Source: Haliotis rufescens
Taxonomy: Eukaryota
Direction of reading: 5' to 3'
Assembly (NCBI RefSeq): GCF_023055435.1
Contig: NW_025963779.1
Span: 70,866,001 to 70,930,000, forward strand
DNA length: 64,000 nucleotides
The translations under genes were made by a program, and so were the position numbers. Below the pieces are notes generated by a model, which saw nothing but the letters and a program-made list of their open reading frames with translations, was not told the DNA's origin and did not search any database. Position 1 is the first letter of the stretch. Each line of letters begins with the position of its first letter. Shown here piece by piece: positions 39,777 to 53,500 of the stretch.

Positions 39777-42700
39777 ATGAAGGTAGGTGCTGTACATTAT
39801 GATTCTTAAGATATGGTTTCTTCTTACGTTTGATTACTTGATTGCGAAGTATTGCTTCCTTCATGCATTATGTTGGCGGTCGGGTAGCCTAGTGGTTGAA
39901 ATGTTCGATCGTCACCCTGAAGACCGGGGAAGCCCATTTCTGGTGTCCCCCGCCGTGATATTGCTGGTATATTGCTAAGAGCGGCGTAAAACCATATTCA
40001 CTCACAATGCATTACGCTTTAAAGCTGGCCATGAATACACTGCCCGTAGTCATAGTGTGCGAAATGAACAACTTTGAACAACCTTAGTCTGTTAATTCCA
40101 GTATATTGCATCATTGTGTTTGGTTGATGCTGGTTATTTATTATCGTGTCTTGTCACGGCCTTCAATCTGTGCAGTGAGATGAGCCATTATCATCTGAAA
40201 TAATCATGTAAAATAAACTGCCTTTCAGGTGTGGGTTGTGCTCTTCGTGTCTGCATGCATGCTGGTGGAAGCTGAATCCGGTCTTGCTAAAGGTACATCA
40301 CTCTGCATGTCATTGTGTCAAAAAATACGTCTATAGTCTCCAGGATCTATTGTCCTGTAGAAACTGCAAAAAGCAAAGTCATAACAGTAACGTTAAAGTA
40401 ATACAGGTGAGGTGAAATGGGGTTTAACGACGCGTCCAAGACTATTGCACTTATATAGCGACGTGCATGTACATGTGTATGTTTGTGTGGCTGCTTGTAC
40501 TAGTCCTGACTGATGCCGATTTATAGTGCTAGCTCACTGAGATACCATGCCGTAGTTTAACATGAATACCCCACTCAGACATAGTGCACTGACTCCGAGC
40601 CGACCAGTCCTTGTTTTAGGCCCTTAAAGCCGAGCGCCAGACAGAGTAACAACAAGTACCATCTTTTAACGTCTTTTGGTATGACGTGGCCGGGGATCGA
40701 ACCCAGGACCTTCCGCTCTCCGGGCGGACGCTCTACCTCTTGACTACGGAGGCGGTCTAAAGTAATACAGACGCTGACTGTTTTCCTTATGACTTCAACA
40801 TCAATATATCTTGCACATGATTTTGTTTGGTTAATATCTTTCAGACAATTCAAAATGCCAGGATGCATTAGCTTGGTGTAAAGGCGTCAACTGTGACAGC
40901 CCTGGAATGGCAGATACGTGCCCGGTGACGTGTGGACGCTGCAACCCCACAGGTTTAATGTTTTCTTCTATCTGATGTAGTAGAGCCATGTGAATGTACA
41001 TCGACCTTGAACTAAACTGAGGGGCAAAAGAAAGTATACTGAGTTTGCTCTTGGAACTGGAACATGAAAGAAATTATGCTTAATTTGATTATGTCTATTT
41101 AACAATCACTCATTCCTGCAACGCTTTAAACCTAAATTGCTTCAATGTAGACTGGGGTAAGAAATATATTTGCAACCACATGACCAGTACCATGTTTGAA
41201 ATATAAATGTTTGCCGATGAAAGCAAATATATTGATTTTCTAAGATATGATGTCTAAGATATCCATCAGCAGTTGTGTATTTAACGAATGTAACTTTTAC
41301 TATATACTTCAATGTGAAAGACTGAGGTTTCCGAAGTTGAGAAAAGTGTTTTTTTTCATTGCAGTGAACATAACACTTGATATTTCACAGCAGTGAACTC
41401 AACACTTGATATTTCACTGCATTGAACATAACACTTTGACGGAACCATTGTCATACGAGAGCTGCCTCCCCCTAAATGTCTCCCTTCGTCGTAAGTGACT
41501 AGCTCGTATACAAACTACTGACGTTCTATTTGACGTGAGGTCCACATTGACAAGGCAAAATAATGACAGACGATCGTTTATGGAGCTAATGTCACTTCTT
41601 GCTGTTTGTTATTCTCTCGGAAATGTTTCCTTGTCAATCGAGACTGTTCGTTTTGCAAAGGGACAATTTTATTACTTGACAAGAGTGTATTCTTTCGCTT
41701 CCAACAGCGGTCTCCTAGTTTTCAAGAATATTTTTTGTTAAAGTTGATTATGTTTATAATCATATTTAAATTGATCACATCATCAGCTATCAATACCATT
41801 AAATGTGTTGGATGAACATCATGCTTGATACTATTTGTTTACCAAAAGTGAAAACAACAGTTAATTCAACGTTCGAGTTGTCTTTAAACTACATTAACAA
41901 CCATGACATGTCAAAGCTCTAAAAAAAATTATCAAATGTATTTCATCACTGTTTACTGTTTACTTTTTTAATCACCAACTATACTTCATTTGGAATATAT
42001 GCTAACGGTACGAAGAGGGGAATATTCTGTGACTTGTTCGAAGGGTGGTTTTTGCAGCCCAAATCGTTCGGACGGAGGTTAACACAACTGCACTTGGCAT
42101 ACTCTTACTCAAATACAACATCGTGTATAAAATCTAACAACATTATCAATGAACTTTAGATTTAATTGGCTTAATACCACGAAAATAACATTCTTCTATT
42201 TTGTAGACTGTGGACCTGGTATGTACTGGAATGGCACCACTTGTGCACAATGCTTGGACGGGCTGCCTGCTGAAAACAAGGGAAGTTGTCCATGTATCAT
42301 ACCAGGCAGATGGGGATCAAAGTGTGAACATCAGTGCAACAAAGGGTGTTCGGGTGGTACATGCCACCCACTGTCTGGAGAATGTGAAAACTGTAAACGG
42401 GACAGGTATGGCAAGTCCTGTGATAACACATGTGATGCCAACTGTAATAACTGTACAAATACATCCTCAAACTGTCACCGAACAACTGGAACCTGTCTGT
42501 GTGGATGTAGACCAGGCCTCTATGGAGGTACATGTGAACTACAGTGCCTTGACAACTGTAGATTCAAGACATGTAATTCCTCTGGAATCTGTGTTCATGG
42601 TTGTAAGGAAGGATACTTCGGACCAAAATGTGATGAAAACTGTGGAGAATGTGTTAATCAATCTTGTTCAAGAATAGGTACATGTTTGAAAGGTTGCAAC

Positions 42701-45700
42701 AGTGGATGGCACGGTTTGAAATGCAAAACCCGCTGCAGTTACAACTGTGAACATTCAAACTGCCATCAGAACGGAACGTGCATGGCGTGCATGGGTGGGT
42801 TTCATGGCGACCAATGCAACAAAAACTGTTCTGCTGGATGTGCCACGAGACAGTGTAACAGAGATAGCAATGTAAAGTGCCTTAATACAAGTTGTAGTCA
42901 GACCTCTGGGGAATGTGACTATGGTTGTGTAACGGGCTGGTATGGAGCCGCGTGTAGTGACACATGTCCGGACAACTGTTCTGCTGGCACATGCAACAGA
43001 GATGGTGGATCGTGTCTATCTTGTAGGGAGGGATTCAGAGGAACACACTGTAACATGTCATGTCCTCCAGATTGTGTTGAATGTCAGCAGAATGCCAGTA
43101 ACTGCACATCATGTGAACCTGGTTATTTTGGAAACACGTGTAAAAAAGAGTGCGACGGTTGCCTGGATGGGAGGTGTAAGATCTCAGATGGGTTGTGCAT
43201 AGCCGGCTGTAAACCAAGCTTGTATGGACGCGAATGTCACTACACCTGCAGCAGAAATTGTTTGAGGCAAAATGGTGCCTCGTTGTGTTTTCCAAGTAAC
43301 GGAACCTGTGTTTACGGTTGTAACACTGGATGGTACAAGGCAGAGTGTGATACTCCATGTCCCCCAGGGTGTAGCGGGACTACGTGTGATAACTTCACTG
43401 GCAGATGTTCAAATGGTTGCACAGACGCACTGTATGGTCCACACTGTGATCAGTTATGTCGCTGTCTGATGTCCCGATGTAACGCGACGGGCTCATGTAC
43501 GGGGTGTCAGAATGGCTACTATGGCCAGAGCTGTTCTTCAACATGTCAATCGAGATGTGATACCTGTGAGCAGTACACCGGCGACTGTGTTACCTGTGTG
43601 GAAGGCTGGCACGGTCAACTGTGCAAAGGTAAGAAGAGTGATGTGCTGATATTGGAGTCAATTCTTAGTTGTTCAAGCTACTGATCGATCATTTCTGAAA
43701 AGGTTTAAAATTTACATTCAGGATATTGTCCCGTTTATTTAAGTCACCGCCCGATGGACCCATATTGTCATCTCTGCGTCTGTAATTTGTCATTTAAGCT
43801 AAAGGGCCTGTCACACACTACCGATGTACCTCGCCGGGACTAAACCGGAGCAAAAAATTAACAACGGCGAGAAAATCGGCGGAGCTCCGGCGAGAAAGCA
43901 CTTGAAAAATCAAAATTGATAGTAGCAATACCGATGTAGTACCGGCGTTCCCGTTGTGATACCGTTGTTCTACAGTTGTCCTACCGATGTAAGGATGTAC
44001 AGAATAACACGTTTCTGTCACCTTAGTGTTACCGATGCGCCGCCGATGTTATACCGATGTACCGCCGTTGACCGGAGCTATAGCGGAGTGATACAGTTGC
44101 GCTGCCGATGCACTACCGATGTGCTACTATGTGTACATCGGAAGGACAACGGTGTGACGGTGGAGCTCCGGTATCACATCGGCGGCGCATCGGTACTACT
44201 TCGGTGATATTCGGTAGTACTACGGTATCACATCGGTACCAGTACGGTACACATTGAAGCCACCGGAGAGCCTGTTCTTAGCGATGTGATATCGTTGCGC
44301 TGCCGTACTAGTACCGATCCCCGAAAATCGCAAATTTGTGCTCTGGTATAGCTCCGGCGACCCAAATCGGCTAGGTGTGACAGGCCCTTAAGCCAGTGAA
44401 TCAGGCTCACCCTCGCTTCAGACATATAAGGACATGTCAGCAGTATGTCCTTATAGTACTGAAGTGATGCGGGTCTTAGACGTTTTCCACAGTGGTGAAA
44501 CCCATGAACATCCGAAACCTACAAAACATTAGTAGAGTGAACCGTTATTCGAATCCACGTTCATAGGTTTGCGACTCCTTAGATAACTTCTCCCATTCCC
44601 TCTTCAACCTCAACACTCACCCTCACCCTCACCTTAAACCCATCTCCCACCCTCACCCTCACACTCACCCCATCTCTCACCCTCGCCCTCAACACTAATC
44701 CTCACCCTCACCCCATCTCTCACCCTCACCCTCACCCTCTCCCCATCTCTCACCCTCGCCCTCAACACTAATCCTCACTCTCACCCTCAACCAATCTCCC
44801 ACCCTCACCCTCACCCCATCTCTCGACCTCGCCCTCAACACTAATCCTCACCCTCACCCTCACCCCATCTCTCACCCTCGCCCTCAACACTAATCCTCAC
44901 CCTCACCCTAAACCCATCTCCCACCCTCACCCTCACCCCATCTCTCACCCTCGCCCTCAACACTAATCCTCACCCTAACCCTCAACCCATATCCCACCCT
45001 CAACCTCACCCCATCTCTCGACCTCGCCCTCAACACTAATCCTCACTCTCACCCTCATCTCTCACCCTCGCCCTCAACACTAATCCTCACCCGCACCCTC
45101 AACCCATCTCCCACCCTCACTCTCACCCTCACCCCATCTCTCACCCTCGTCCTCAACACTAATCCTCACCCTCACCCTCAACCCATCTCCCACCCTCACC
45201 CTCTCCCTAAACCCATCTCCCACCCTCACCCTCACCCTCACCCTCACCCCATCTCTTACCCTCGCCCTCACCCCATCTCTCGACCTCGCCCTCAACACTA
45301 ATCCTCACCCTCACCCTCACCCTCACCCCATCTCTCACCCTCACCCTCACCCCATCTCTCGACCTCGCCCTCAACACTAACCCTCACCCTCACCCCATCT
45401 CTCACCCTCGCCCTCAACACTAATCCTCACCCTCACCCTAAACCCACCTCCCACCCTCACCCTCAACCTCACCCCATCTCTCACCCTCGCCCTCAAGATT
45501 AATCCTCACCCTCAACCTCACCCCATCTCTCGACCTCGCCCTCAACACTAATCCTCACCCTCACCCTCAACCCATCTCTCACCCTCGCCCTCAACACTAA
45601 TCCTCACCCTCACCCTCACCCCATCTCTTACCCTCGCCCTCACCCCATCTCTCGACCTTGCCCTCAACACTAATCCTCACCCTCACCCTCACCCCATCTC

Positions 45701-46962
45701 TCACCCTCACCCTCACCCCATCTCTCGACCTCGCCCTCAACACTAATCCTCACCCTCACCCTAAACCATTCTCCCAACCTCACCCTCACCCTCACCCCAT
45801 CTCTCACCCTCGCCCTCAACACTAATCCTCACCCTCACCCTCAACCCATCTCCCACCCTCACCCTCACCCCATCTCTCGACCTCGCCCTCAACACTAATC
45901 CTCACCCTCACCCTCACCCCATCTCTCATCCTCGCCCTAAACACTAATCCTCACCCTCACCCTCGCCCTCGCTTCGTTCTCACCTTCACCTTCACCCTCA
46001 ACTCCACCCTCAACCTCAACCTCAACCCCACTCTCACCTTTACCCTCAACCCCACCCTCACCTCAACCCCACTCTCACCCTCAACTTCACCCTCATCCGC
46101 ATCCGCATCCGCATCCGCATCTGCAACCTCACCCTCATCCTCATCCTCACCTTCACCCTCATCCCCACTCCAACCCCTACTCCCATCTCCAGCTTCAATC
46201 CTTTATCGACACATTGAACTTAAGTCTCTTCTGTTCATAATTCCATTTTAACAGAGCTGAATGATATTGTCATATTCCGAAACATGTTGATCTATATATT
46301 AACAGTTGGTGAATTATGTACCCTTACTAGTTTGTTTAGCTACATGAATGTTCCACTTTTGCAGTGTCATACGTGCAGTCACTTCGTCATCGGGTCCGTG
46401 TTATGTCAACATGCATTGGAGTTGTCCTCTTTGGTGTTGGAATTGTAGTGGCCTTCATTATCATCAGGTAATACATCCTTTGTTCTTATATACAAGAATG
46501 TCCAGCAGTGCATGAAGAATAAGTAACCTAAGTATCTGCAGGTATAGACTTAGAATGCATTGAAATGTATGCTAAAAAAAATATTAATGTTTCAACATGG
46601 TCAATATCATAGCTTGTTAGGAATAAAGTGTCTTCCTTTATTGACAGTAGATCATAGTTTTCATTAACAAATACTTGATCGTGACTTGAATAGCTAATTA
46701 ATGAATTTTATGTTCCAGAAAAAAGTGCACTGGATCTCTCAGGGGCATTTATCTCTCCCCTGTCCGAACTGACCATCTTGTTTCGGATGACATTTCACTC
46801 CAAGAGTTCAGCGAGGACGGTGAAAGTGGACAATCTCACTATGAAACTATTCCAGACGATTCCCTGGGAGTATATGAGGCGCTTACACCTTCAACTTCAC
46901 GTACTTCCGGGTACACAGCTCTGCCGCCGTCGCTTGATAATGTCCGGGTGACAGGGGTCTAA
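39777..46962 (+). CDS. Gene A: ShK + multiple EGF-like (MEGF10/Draper/SCARF-type) type I receptor with ITAM tail, 648 aa predicted
   Basis: Exons 39777-39782 (MK), 40229-40292 (VWVVLFVSACMLVEAESGLAK, signal peptide), 40845-40952 (CQDALAWCKGVNCDSPGMADTCPVTCGRC, ShK pattern), 42207-43628 (474 codons, ~13 EGF-like repeats), 46365-46467 (TM CIGVVLFGVGIVVAFIII), 46719-46962 (tail with YETIPDDSLGVYEAL, SGYTAL, stop). All introns GT-AG, phases compatible, total 1947 nt with no internal stop. Confidence 0.88.
40407..40757 (-). mobile_element. Family 2 SINE inserted in gene A intron 2
   Basis: 13-bp TSD TAAAGTAATACAG (40394-40406, 40758-40770). The paralogous site in gene B (~51138-51150) is empty. 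Confidence 0.92.
43803..44388. mobile_element. MITE with TAA TSD (PIF/Harbinger-like)
   Basis: TIR AGGGCCTGTCACAC / GTGTGACAGGCCCT with TAA on both sides (43800-43802, 44389-44391); internal ACCGATG subrepeats. Confidence 0.9.
44600..46200. repeat. (ACCCTC)n-derived complex minisatellite in gene A intron 4
   Basis: ~1.6 kb of CCCTCA variants with a higher-order unit ACCCCATCTCTCACCCTCGCCCTCAACACTAATCCTC. Confidence 0.95.
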
Positions 46963-49900
46963 TTATTCTATCTGTTTCATACTTTGAGTTTTGTGTTGAG
47001 TTAAAACTTTCTATTTGACGTTCCGTCTTTTGCCTACCACATAATGAAACCGGCGTTGACTATAGTAAACGCATAGGGCAGATGTTTAACATACTCTGTT
47101 ACCTGTTCTATCAAGTCGGAGGAATTCAATCATAGCCTTATGAGACCGGAGAGCGGAAGGTCCGGGGTTCGATCACCGGCCGCGTCATACCCAAAGACGT
47201 TAAAAGATGGTACTTGTACGGCTCGGCTCGGCTCGGCTCGGCTCGGCTCGGCGCTCGGCTTTAATGGGTTAAAACAAGGACTGATGTACTGTGGCTGAGT
47301 GGGGTAATCATGTTTAACTGCAACATGGTATCTCAATGAGCTAGCACAATAAACCGGCATCAGTCCGGACTAGTACAAGCAGCCATACTCACACACCTGT
47401 ATGCACGTCGCTATATAAGTGCAATAATCTTGGACGCGACATTAAATCCCATTTCACCTCACCACCTTCAGTTCTCACCACGAATGTATTGGACCACGAG
47501 CCTGTATATATCTATACATTGCTTATAAGGTGCAAAACTTTGCTTCCATCTCCCCATATATGTGTAAGGTATAACGTTGGGCAGTCAAGCTGTATGTGCT
47601 GATCCCCTAAACTCTGTACAGTTGCAAGTTAAGCAGTAGTTTGGCTTATCGCCATAGGTTCTTCTGAGCTTGACCTTGGAGATCATAAACCAGAAACAAT
47701 GAGTTCTCATTTCACCATCTGAGCGCTGTAACAAATCCATTTTATTTGTTTTTATTTAGTAACAACATATAGTAGTTTACATAAACATATTGTTTGTGTT
47801 TATGAAACTGCTTTTAATTCAATAAAATCAATTTTCAATACATTGTTTCTTGTTTCAATTAACAGCATGCCTGCAACAAAAATTTGTTTTTAGTTGTCTT
47901 TGTCCGTCTTAGATGCAGATACAGAAGTTGATATTGATGACACACGTTAACCATCAACATACAAGGAAGGCATACTATATCAATAACGTGTATGTATGTA
48001 TTCACAGTTAACATCATTCAGAACTGTCATTCTTTTTTTCTCTTAGCCAATTCCTACGTTGTGTATGATACGTGGTCTACGAGTAAATGCAGATAATAAA
48101 CCCCTCTGGAAATAGGCCTTTTAATTTGAAAGTTAAGTTCATTTTCAAATCGCTTCTTCGATTTATGGACCAAAAGCGTATGTGTACATCACTTACATAC
48201 GTTTTCCTCCCTTAACTGTTGTATCATTTTTTTGTCGTTTATATGGCGCTTACTCGTCTCATCAAAGACCCGGGTTCCATTCCCACTGGGTACAATGGAT
48301 GACATCCATTTCTCGTTGCCCCGCAGTGATATTGTTGGAATATTGCTGAAGGTGTCGTAAAAGTCAATGACTCACTTACTCGACTATATGCAGCATAACC
48401 ATTGCATCTATCAATGCTAAGGTGGAAAGACAACTTTTAAGCACAAAAGTCTTCTCACGACATATTCTCTAAGTATTGTTATTGTCAGTCTTTAATCACC
48501 AACCTACTAACCCACTAAACTGCCGGGCAAACTAAAGAATACACCCGTGTTTGATCGTGGCGAAAAATTAAGCAAACCAGAAATTGTTATTGGATGTTGA
48601 TAAATTTGATCCGGGTGTCATAGTTGTGTTTTGGAACTTAGTTTGCAATGTTTAGGTGACACAAGTAACGCTTTGATAACGTTTGTAATTGTTTGGGTCA
48701 AATACGTGTGACGTCATGTTTACACTGACAGCTATACAAAAACAGCTGTATCGCGGAATAACATAGTTCCTCAAAAAGAGAGACATGAGCGTGTGTATGC
48801 ACATCTTGCTCTTCAGAAACACCTGACAGAACACTTGTATTCAAATTATATCACCATTAGATGAGAAAGGATGAGATGAGGACTGTTAATTAAGAACTAC
48901 CTCAGTAAGTCAGTCACAATGGCAGAGGGTCATAATTATACATTTACAGCAACTACAAGACACGAAAATGGCCGACACGAAAACGTGACGTTGGAGATTT
49001 CGGAAGTTGTTAATGAACCTGTGGCGGTTGCATGTTTTAGTCATCACTGATCAATTGGGTGATCATTTAAAGAGGACAAAAGATGTATCAAATAGACACT
49101 AAGATAAATTCATAGACTGCTGTAGACTGTCACTGTTAGCCTAGACACGGATTGAGTCAATGCTATGATAGTTTGAATGTGCATTTCTTCGATTTGTTCA
49201 CTAGGATGAGTCGCAGCGAGGATATTCGTGAACGATCATGCAGTCAAACTCTTAATTCAAGACGAAAGGGTCTCAATTAACGTAAAAAACGCTTCTGTAT
49301 GTATTCATGCTTCGGAATTGTAAGGGGTTCCCACAGGAATGTGGAAGTAGTCCGTCAGTGTTTACGTCATTACAAGAACACGGTCAATTCCGCAGTCATG
49401 TGGAAAAGACGTATATCATGTAAACTTCAAATTTATAAATTCTTATATTGATAAGACCAGGTGTTCGCGAAATGGAGAACCTATCCTGCTCCACTTTAAA
49501 AAAACACGGGAACATCAAAATGGAAATCATATTTCTCACTGATGAGTTAAATTTGCATAATGTCCTCCATACATATGCTGTAAAACCTTTTGAAAGCTGT
49601 ATTTGGGACTTGAATGTTGTAAATATGACCAAACAAGGCTGGAGCTGCTGTAAATTTGCACGACATAAAGGCAAAGTTGACTAGTGGAACGTTGAAGTCA
49701 TGCCATTTCATACAGTCTTGTGGATAGTTTTTGCCACTCTGAATCTTTATGCAAAGATCTAAGTAAAAACAGAATATTGTACATGAACTGCCAGGGACGA
49801 GCTCTTTGCAAAATGTTACAAATTCACATAATGTTACAAATTCACATATCGTCTCAAATATCCCATCCGTGCGTGTGCGTGTGCGTGTGCGTGTGTGTCT

Positions 49901-50522
49901 GGACTAATGTGTTGTGTATATTCTAGCCCACTAAGATACCGTGCGGCAGTTTCACATAGACACAACACACAAACACAGTATACAGACTCCAAGCCGACCA
50001 GTAGTTGCTGCAGCCAGGGTCACAACGAGTACCATCTTCTCACGTTTTTTACTATGACGCGGCCGGGGATCGAGACACTGAACTTCCGCTCTCCATCATT
50101 TTGTGCAATTCCGGCAGCACAGTATTATAATTGAATTGAATTTATGGTATCATAGTAGCTTGAGGCAGTTGCTACTTTCATAGAATACTTATGGTATGTG
50201 ATAATTGATAACAGATGATTGCAATAGTTCACTTAAAAAAGAATTTGTCAGAATATATGGTCACATGCCCATCCCTGTCATCGTGAAAATACACGGTAAC
50301 GTTATTGAAAACTTGAAAGCAAATTTCAATTTTTTTGTATGCCATGCTTAAAATGTGTATAGCTACATACATATTTCTTCCTTGTTGATAATTTCAGTTT
50401 CTGTGATAAATCTATTCCGCATTCTGTGCAGGGAAACGTTTAAATCAGTATACACACACAGCGTCTGGTTATTCTTTCTCTGTTGCTTATATTGCACTCA
50501 GGACGCTGTATATGCAGAAAAC

Positions 50523-53500
50523 ATGAAGGTTGGTGCTGTACATTATGCTTCTTAAGATATGGTTTCTTCTTACGTCTGATTACTTGATTGCGAAGTATTG
50601 CTTCCTTCTTGCATTATGTTGGCGGTCGGGTAGCCTAGTGGTTAAAGCGTTCGATCGTCACTCCGAAGACCCGGGGAAGCCCATTCCTGGTGTCGCCCTC
50701 CGTGATATCGTGGAATATTGCTAAGAGCGGCGTAAAACCATACTCACTCACTTAATGCATTATGAGTTAAAGCTGGCAATGAATACACTGTCCGTAGTCA
50801 GAGTATGCGAAATGAACAACTTTGAACAACCTCACTCTGTTATTTCCAGCATAATGCATTTAGTTAATCCTGACTTATTATCGTGACTCGTCGCGTCCTT
50901 CAATCTGTGTAGTGAGATGAGCCATTATCATCTGAAATCATCATGTAAAATAAACTTAAGTCTACCTTTCAGGTGTGTATTGTGCTCTTCGTGTCTGCAT
51001 GCATACTGATGGAAGCCGAATCGGGTCTTGCTAAAGGTACATCACTCTGCATGTCATTGTGTCAAAAACTACATCTATAGTCTCCAGGACCTATTGTACA
51101 AAAGAAACATCAAAAGTCAAAGTAATAACAGTAACGTTAAAGTGATACAGACGCTGACTGTTTTCTTTATGTCTTCAACATAAATATATCTTTCACATGA
51201 CTTTGTTTGGTTAATATCTTTCAGACAATTCAAAATGCCAGGATGCATTAGCTTTGTGTAAAGGCGTCAACTGTGACAACCCTGGTATGGCAGATACGTG
51301 CCCGGTGACGTGTGGACGCTGCAACCCCACAGGTTTAATGTTTTCTTCTATCTGATGTAGTGGGGCCATATGAATGTACATCGAACCTGAACTAAACTGA
51401 GGGGCAAAAGAAAGTATACCGAGATTGCTCTTGTAACTGAAACATAAAAGAAATTATGCTTAATTTGATTATGTCTATTTAACAACCAGTCATTCCTGCA
51501 ACACTTTGTCTGGGTACTTTGGTGTTAACCTAAATTGGTCCAATGAAGACTGGAGTAGAAATATATTTGCAACCACATGACCAGTACCATGTTTGAAATA
51601 TAAATGTGTGCCGATGAAAGCAAATATATGGATTTTCTAAGTTATGATGTCTAAGATATCCATCAGCAGTTGTGTATTTAACGAATGTAACTTTTTATTA
51701 TATACTTCAGTGTGAAAGACTGAGTTTTCCGAGGTTGAGAAAAGTGATATTATAATTGCTGTGAACACAACACTTGATATTTCACTGTAGTGAACATAAC
51801 ACTTTGACGGAACCATTGTCATACGAGAGCTGCCTCCCCCTAAATTGTCTCCCTTTGTCGTAAGTGACTAGCCCGTATACTAACTTCTGACGTTCTTTTT
51901 TACGTTAGGTCCACATTGACAAGGCAAAATACAGACGGTCGTTTATGAAGTTCATATCACTTCTTGCTGTTTGTTATTCTCTCGAAAATGTTTCCTTATA
52001 AACTGTAAATTTCTCATTTGATTCGTCAATCGAGACTGTTCGTTTTGCAGAGCGACATTTTTATTACTTGACAAGCGTGTATTCTTTCGCTTCCAACAGC
52101 GTTCTCCTAGTGTTCAAGAATTTTTTTTGTTAAAGTTGATTATGCCTGAGACTGCTCCCGCTGTCCGGCCCCCACGGTAGCATATTTAAACGCTACCATT
52201 GCTTGGCAACTCCAAAAGCAGCTCCACGCTGCTGGCCTAAGTCAGACTACCGCTGCCCGGCCCCAGGTAGCCGGCCAAAGCAGATCCCACTGCCCGGCCC
52301 CATTAGCAAAACCATTGTGCGGCTCCCGCCGCGGACCCAACTGTCAGCTACCGCTTGACAAGACGACTTCCGCCGCCGGGCCCATATACGTGGCAACTGT
52401 TTGCCCCAACGTATGTTATTCTACGATTCCCCGGCTGAAAAGTCGGGAAAGACAAGGTTCCCACTGAGAAGCAGGTAACCCCGGAAAGGTTCCCGCTGAA
52501 AAGCAGGTAGCCTTAAGCACGAGTATTAATTTGGAAGCAAGTTAATTTGTTACTAGCAGTGTAGCCCACAAGAACCCCGCACACCTCGACATAGTTTATT
52601 GTTGAGACAGGTATTGCATATATACAGATATACAGCTATTAAGAAGTCATGTTTATTTACATATATCAGAATCGTTTAAAAGTATGTACATATATACAAG
52701 TGCTCTGAAAACCTATTTTAGATATGTACAGGTTTATTTACATATATACAATCTGCTCTGCTGGTACCTGTAATAGAATAGACGCTGAAGAAAAGAAGTG
52801 ATTAGCATTCCAGGTGAAGAGGACACGTCAGGCTGAAAAAGGAAAGAAAAAGGAGTGGCAAGCTGGGTGGGTGGGTGGGTGGGAAAGCGATTAGATACAG
52901 TGACACACGTGTGTACTTGGGGAAGGGCTGCTCGCGAATGACGGACTAACAAAGGGCGGGATGATGCTTGCGCGGGATTATTCCCCGGGCACGGTGCCGA
53001 GTGGTGGCCCGGGGTGATGGAGTTACGAGGGGTGATTGGGTTACAGACGTAATTAGCCCATGGTTTGGATACGCGCGATAAAGTCATTTAGTAGTTAGTA
53101 CTAAATGTAATTATTCCGCGATATGCCAAGGAGAGGCACGGGCCACCGAGCCGTGGATGCCCGTGCCTGTAATAAAACAGAAGATGAGATTGGGTTAAAT
53201 GGCCGAGGGTGTGCAGGTACTAGTGGGCTACTTAGCTGCTAATTGTATATACCACAAATGCTACCGTTGCCATGGCCACGCGCGTGGCCGACGGCGATTG
53301 CAGCTAGCGCTGCTGGCCTGAGACTGCTCCCGCTGTCCGGCCCCCACGGTAGCATATTTAAACGCTACCATTGCTTGGCAACTCCCACGTTGCCAAAAGC
53401 AGCTCCACGCTGCTGGCCTAAGTCAGACTACCGCTGCCCAGCCCCAGGTAGCCGGCCAAAGCAGATCCCACTGCCCGGCCCCATTAGCAAAACCATTGTG

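Noticed and set aside
42210-43469. Alternative-frame and antisense ORFs over the EGF exons
   Set aside because: Shadow ORFs produced by TGT/TGC-rich coding sequence.
42149-43684. ORF-track 511/510-aa proteins (42149.., 56051..) as stand-alone single-exon genes
   Set aside because: Their N- and C-terminal ends are intron read-through. Splice acceptor and donor sites bound the Cys-rich part, and signal-peptide/ShK exons lie upstream.
43818-44425. ORFs inside the MITE copies (also 57898-58296)
   Set aside because: No transposase motifs; frames are not conserved between the two copies.
44600-46200. Array as a mucin-like Pro/Ser/Thr stalk exon; ORF 45080-45298 (-)
   Set aside because: The unit contains a 7-nt step that rotates the frame and brings TAA into frame periodically. 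No splice sites seen; low-complexity artefact.
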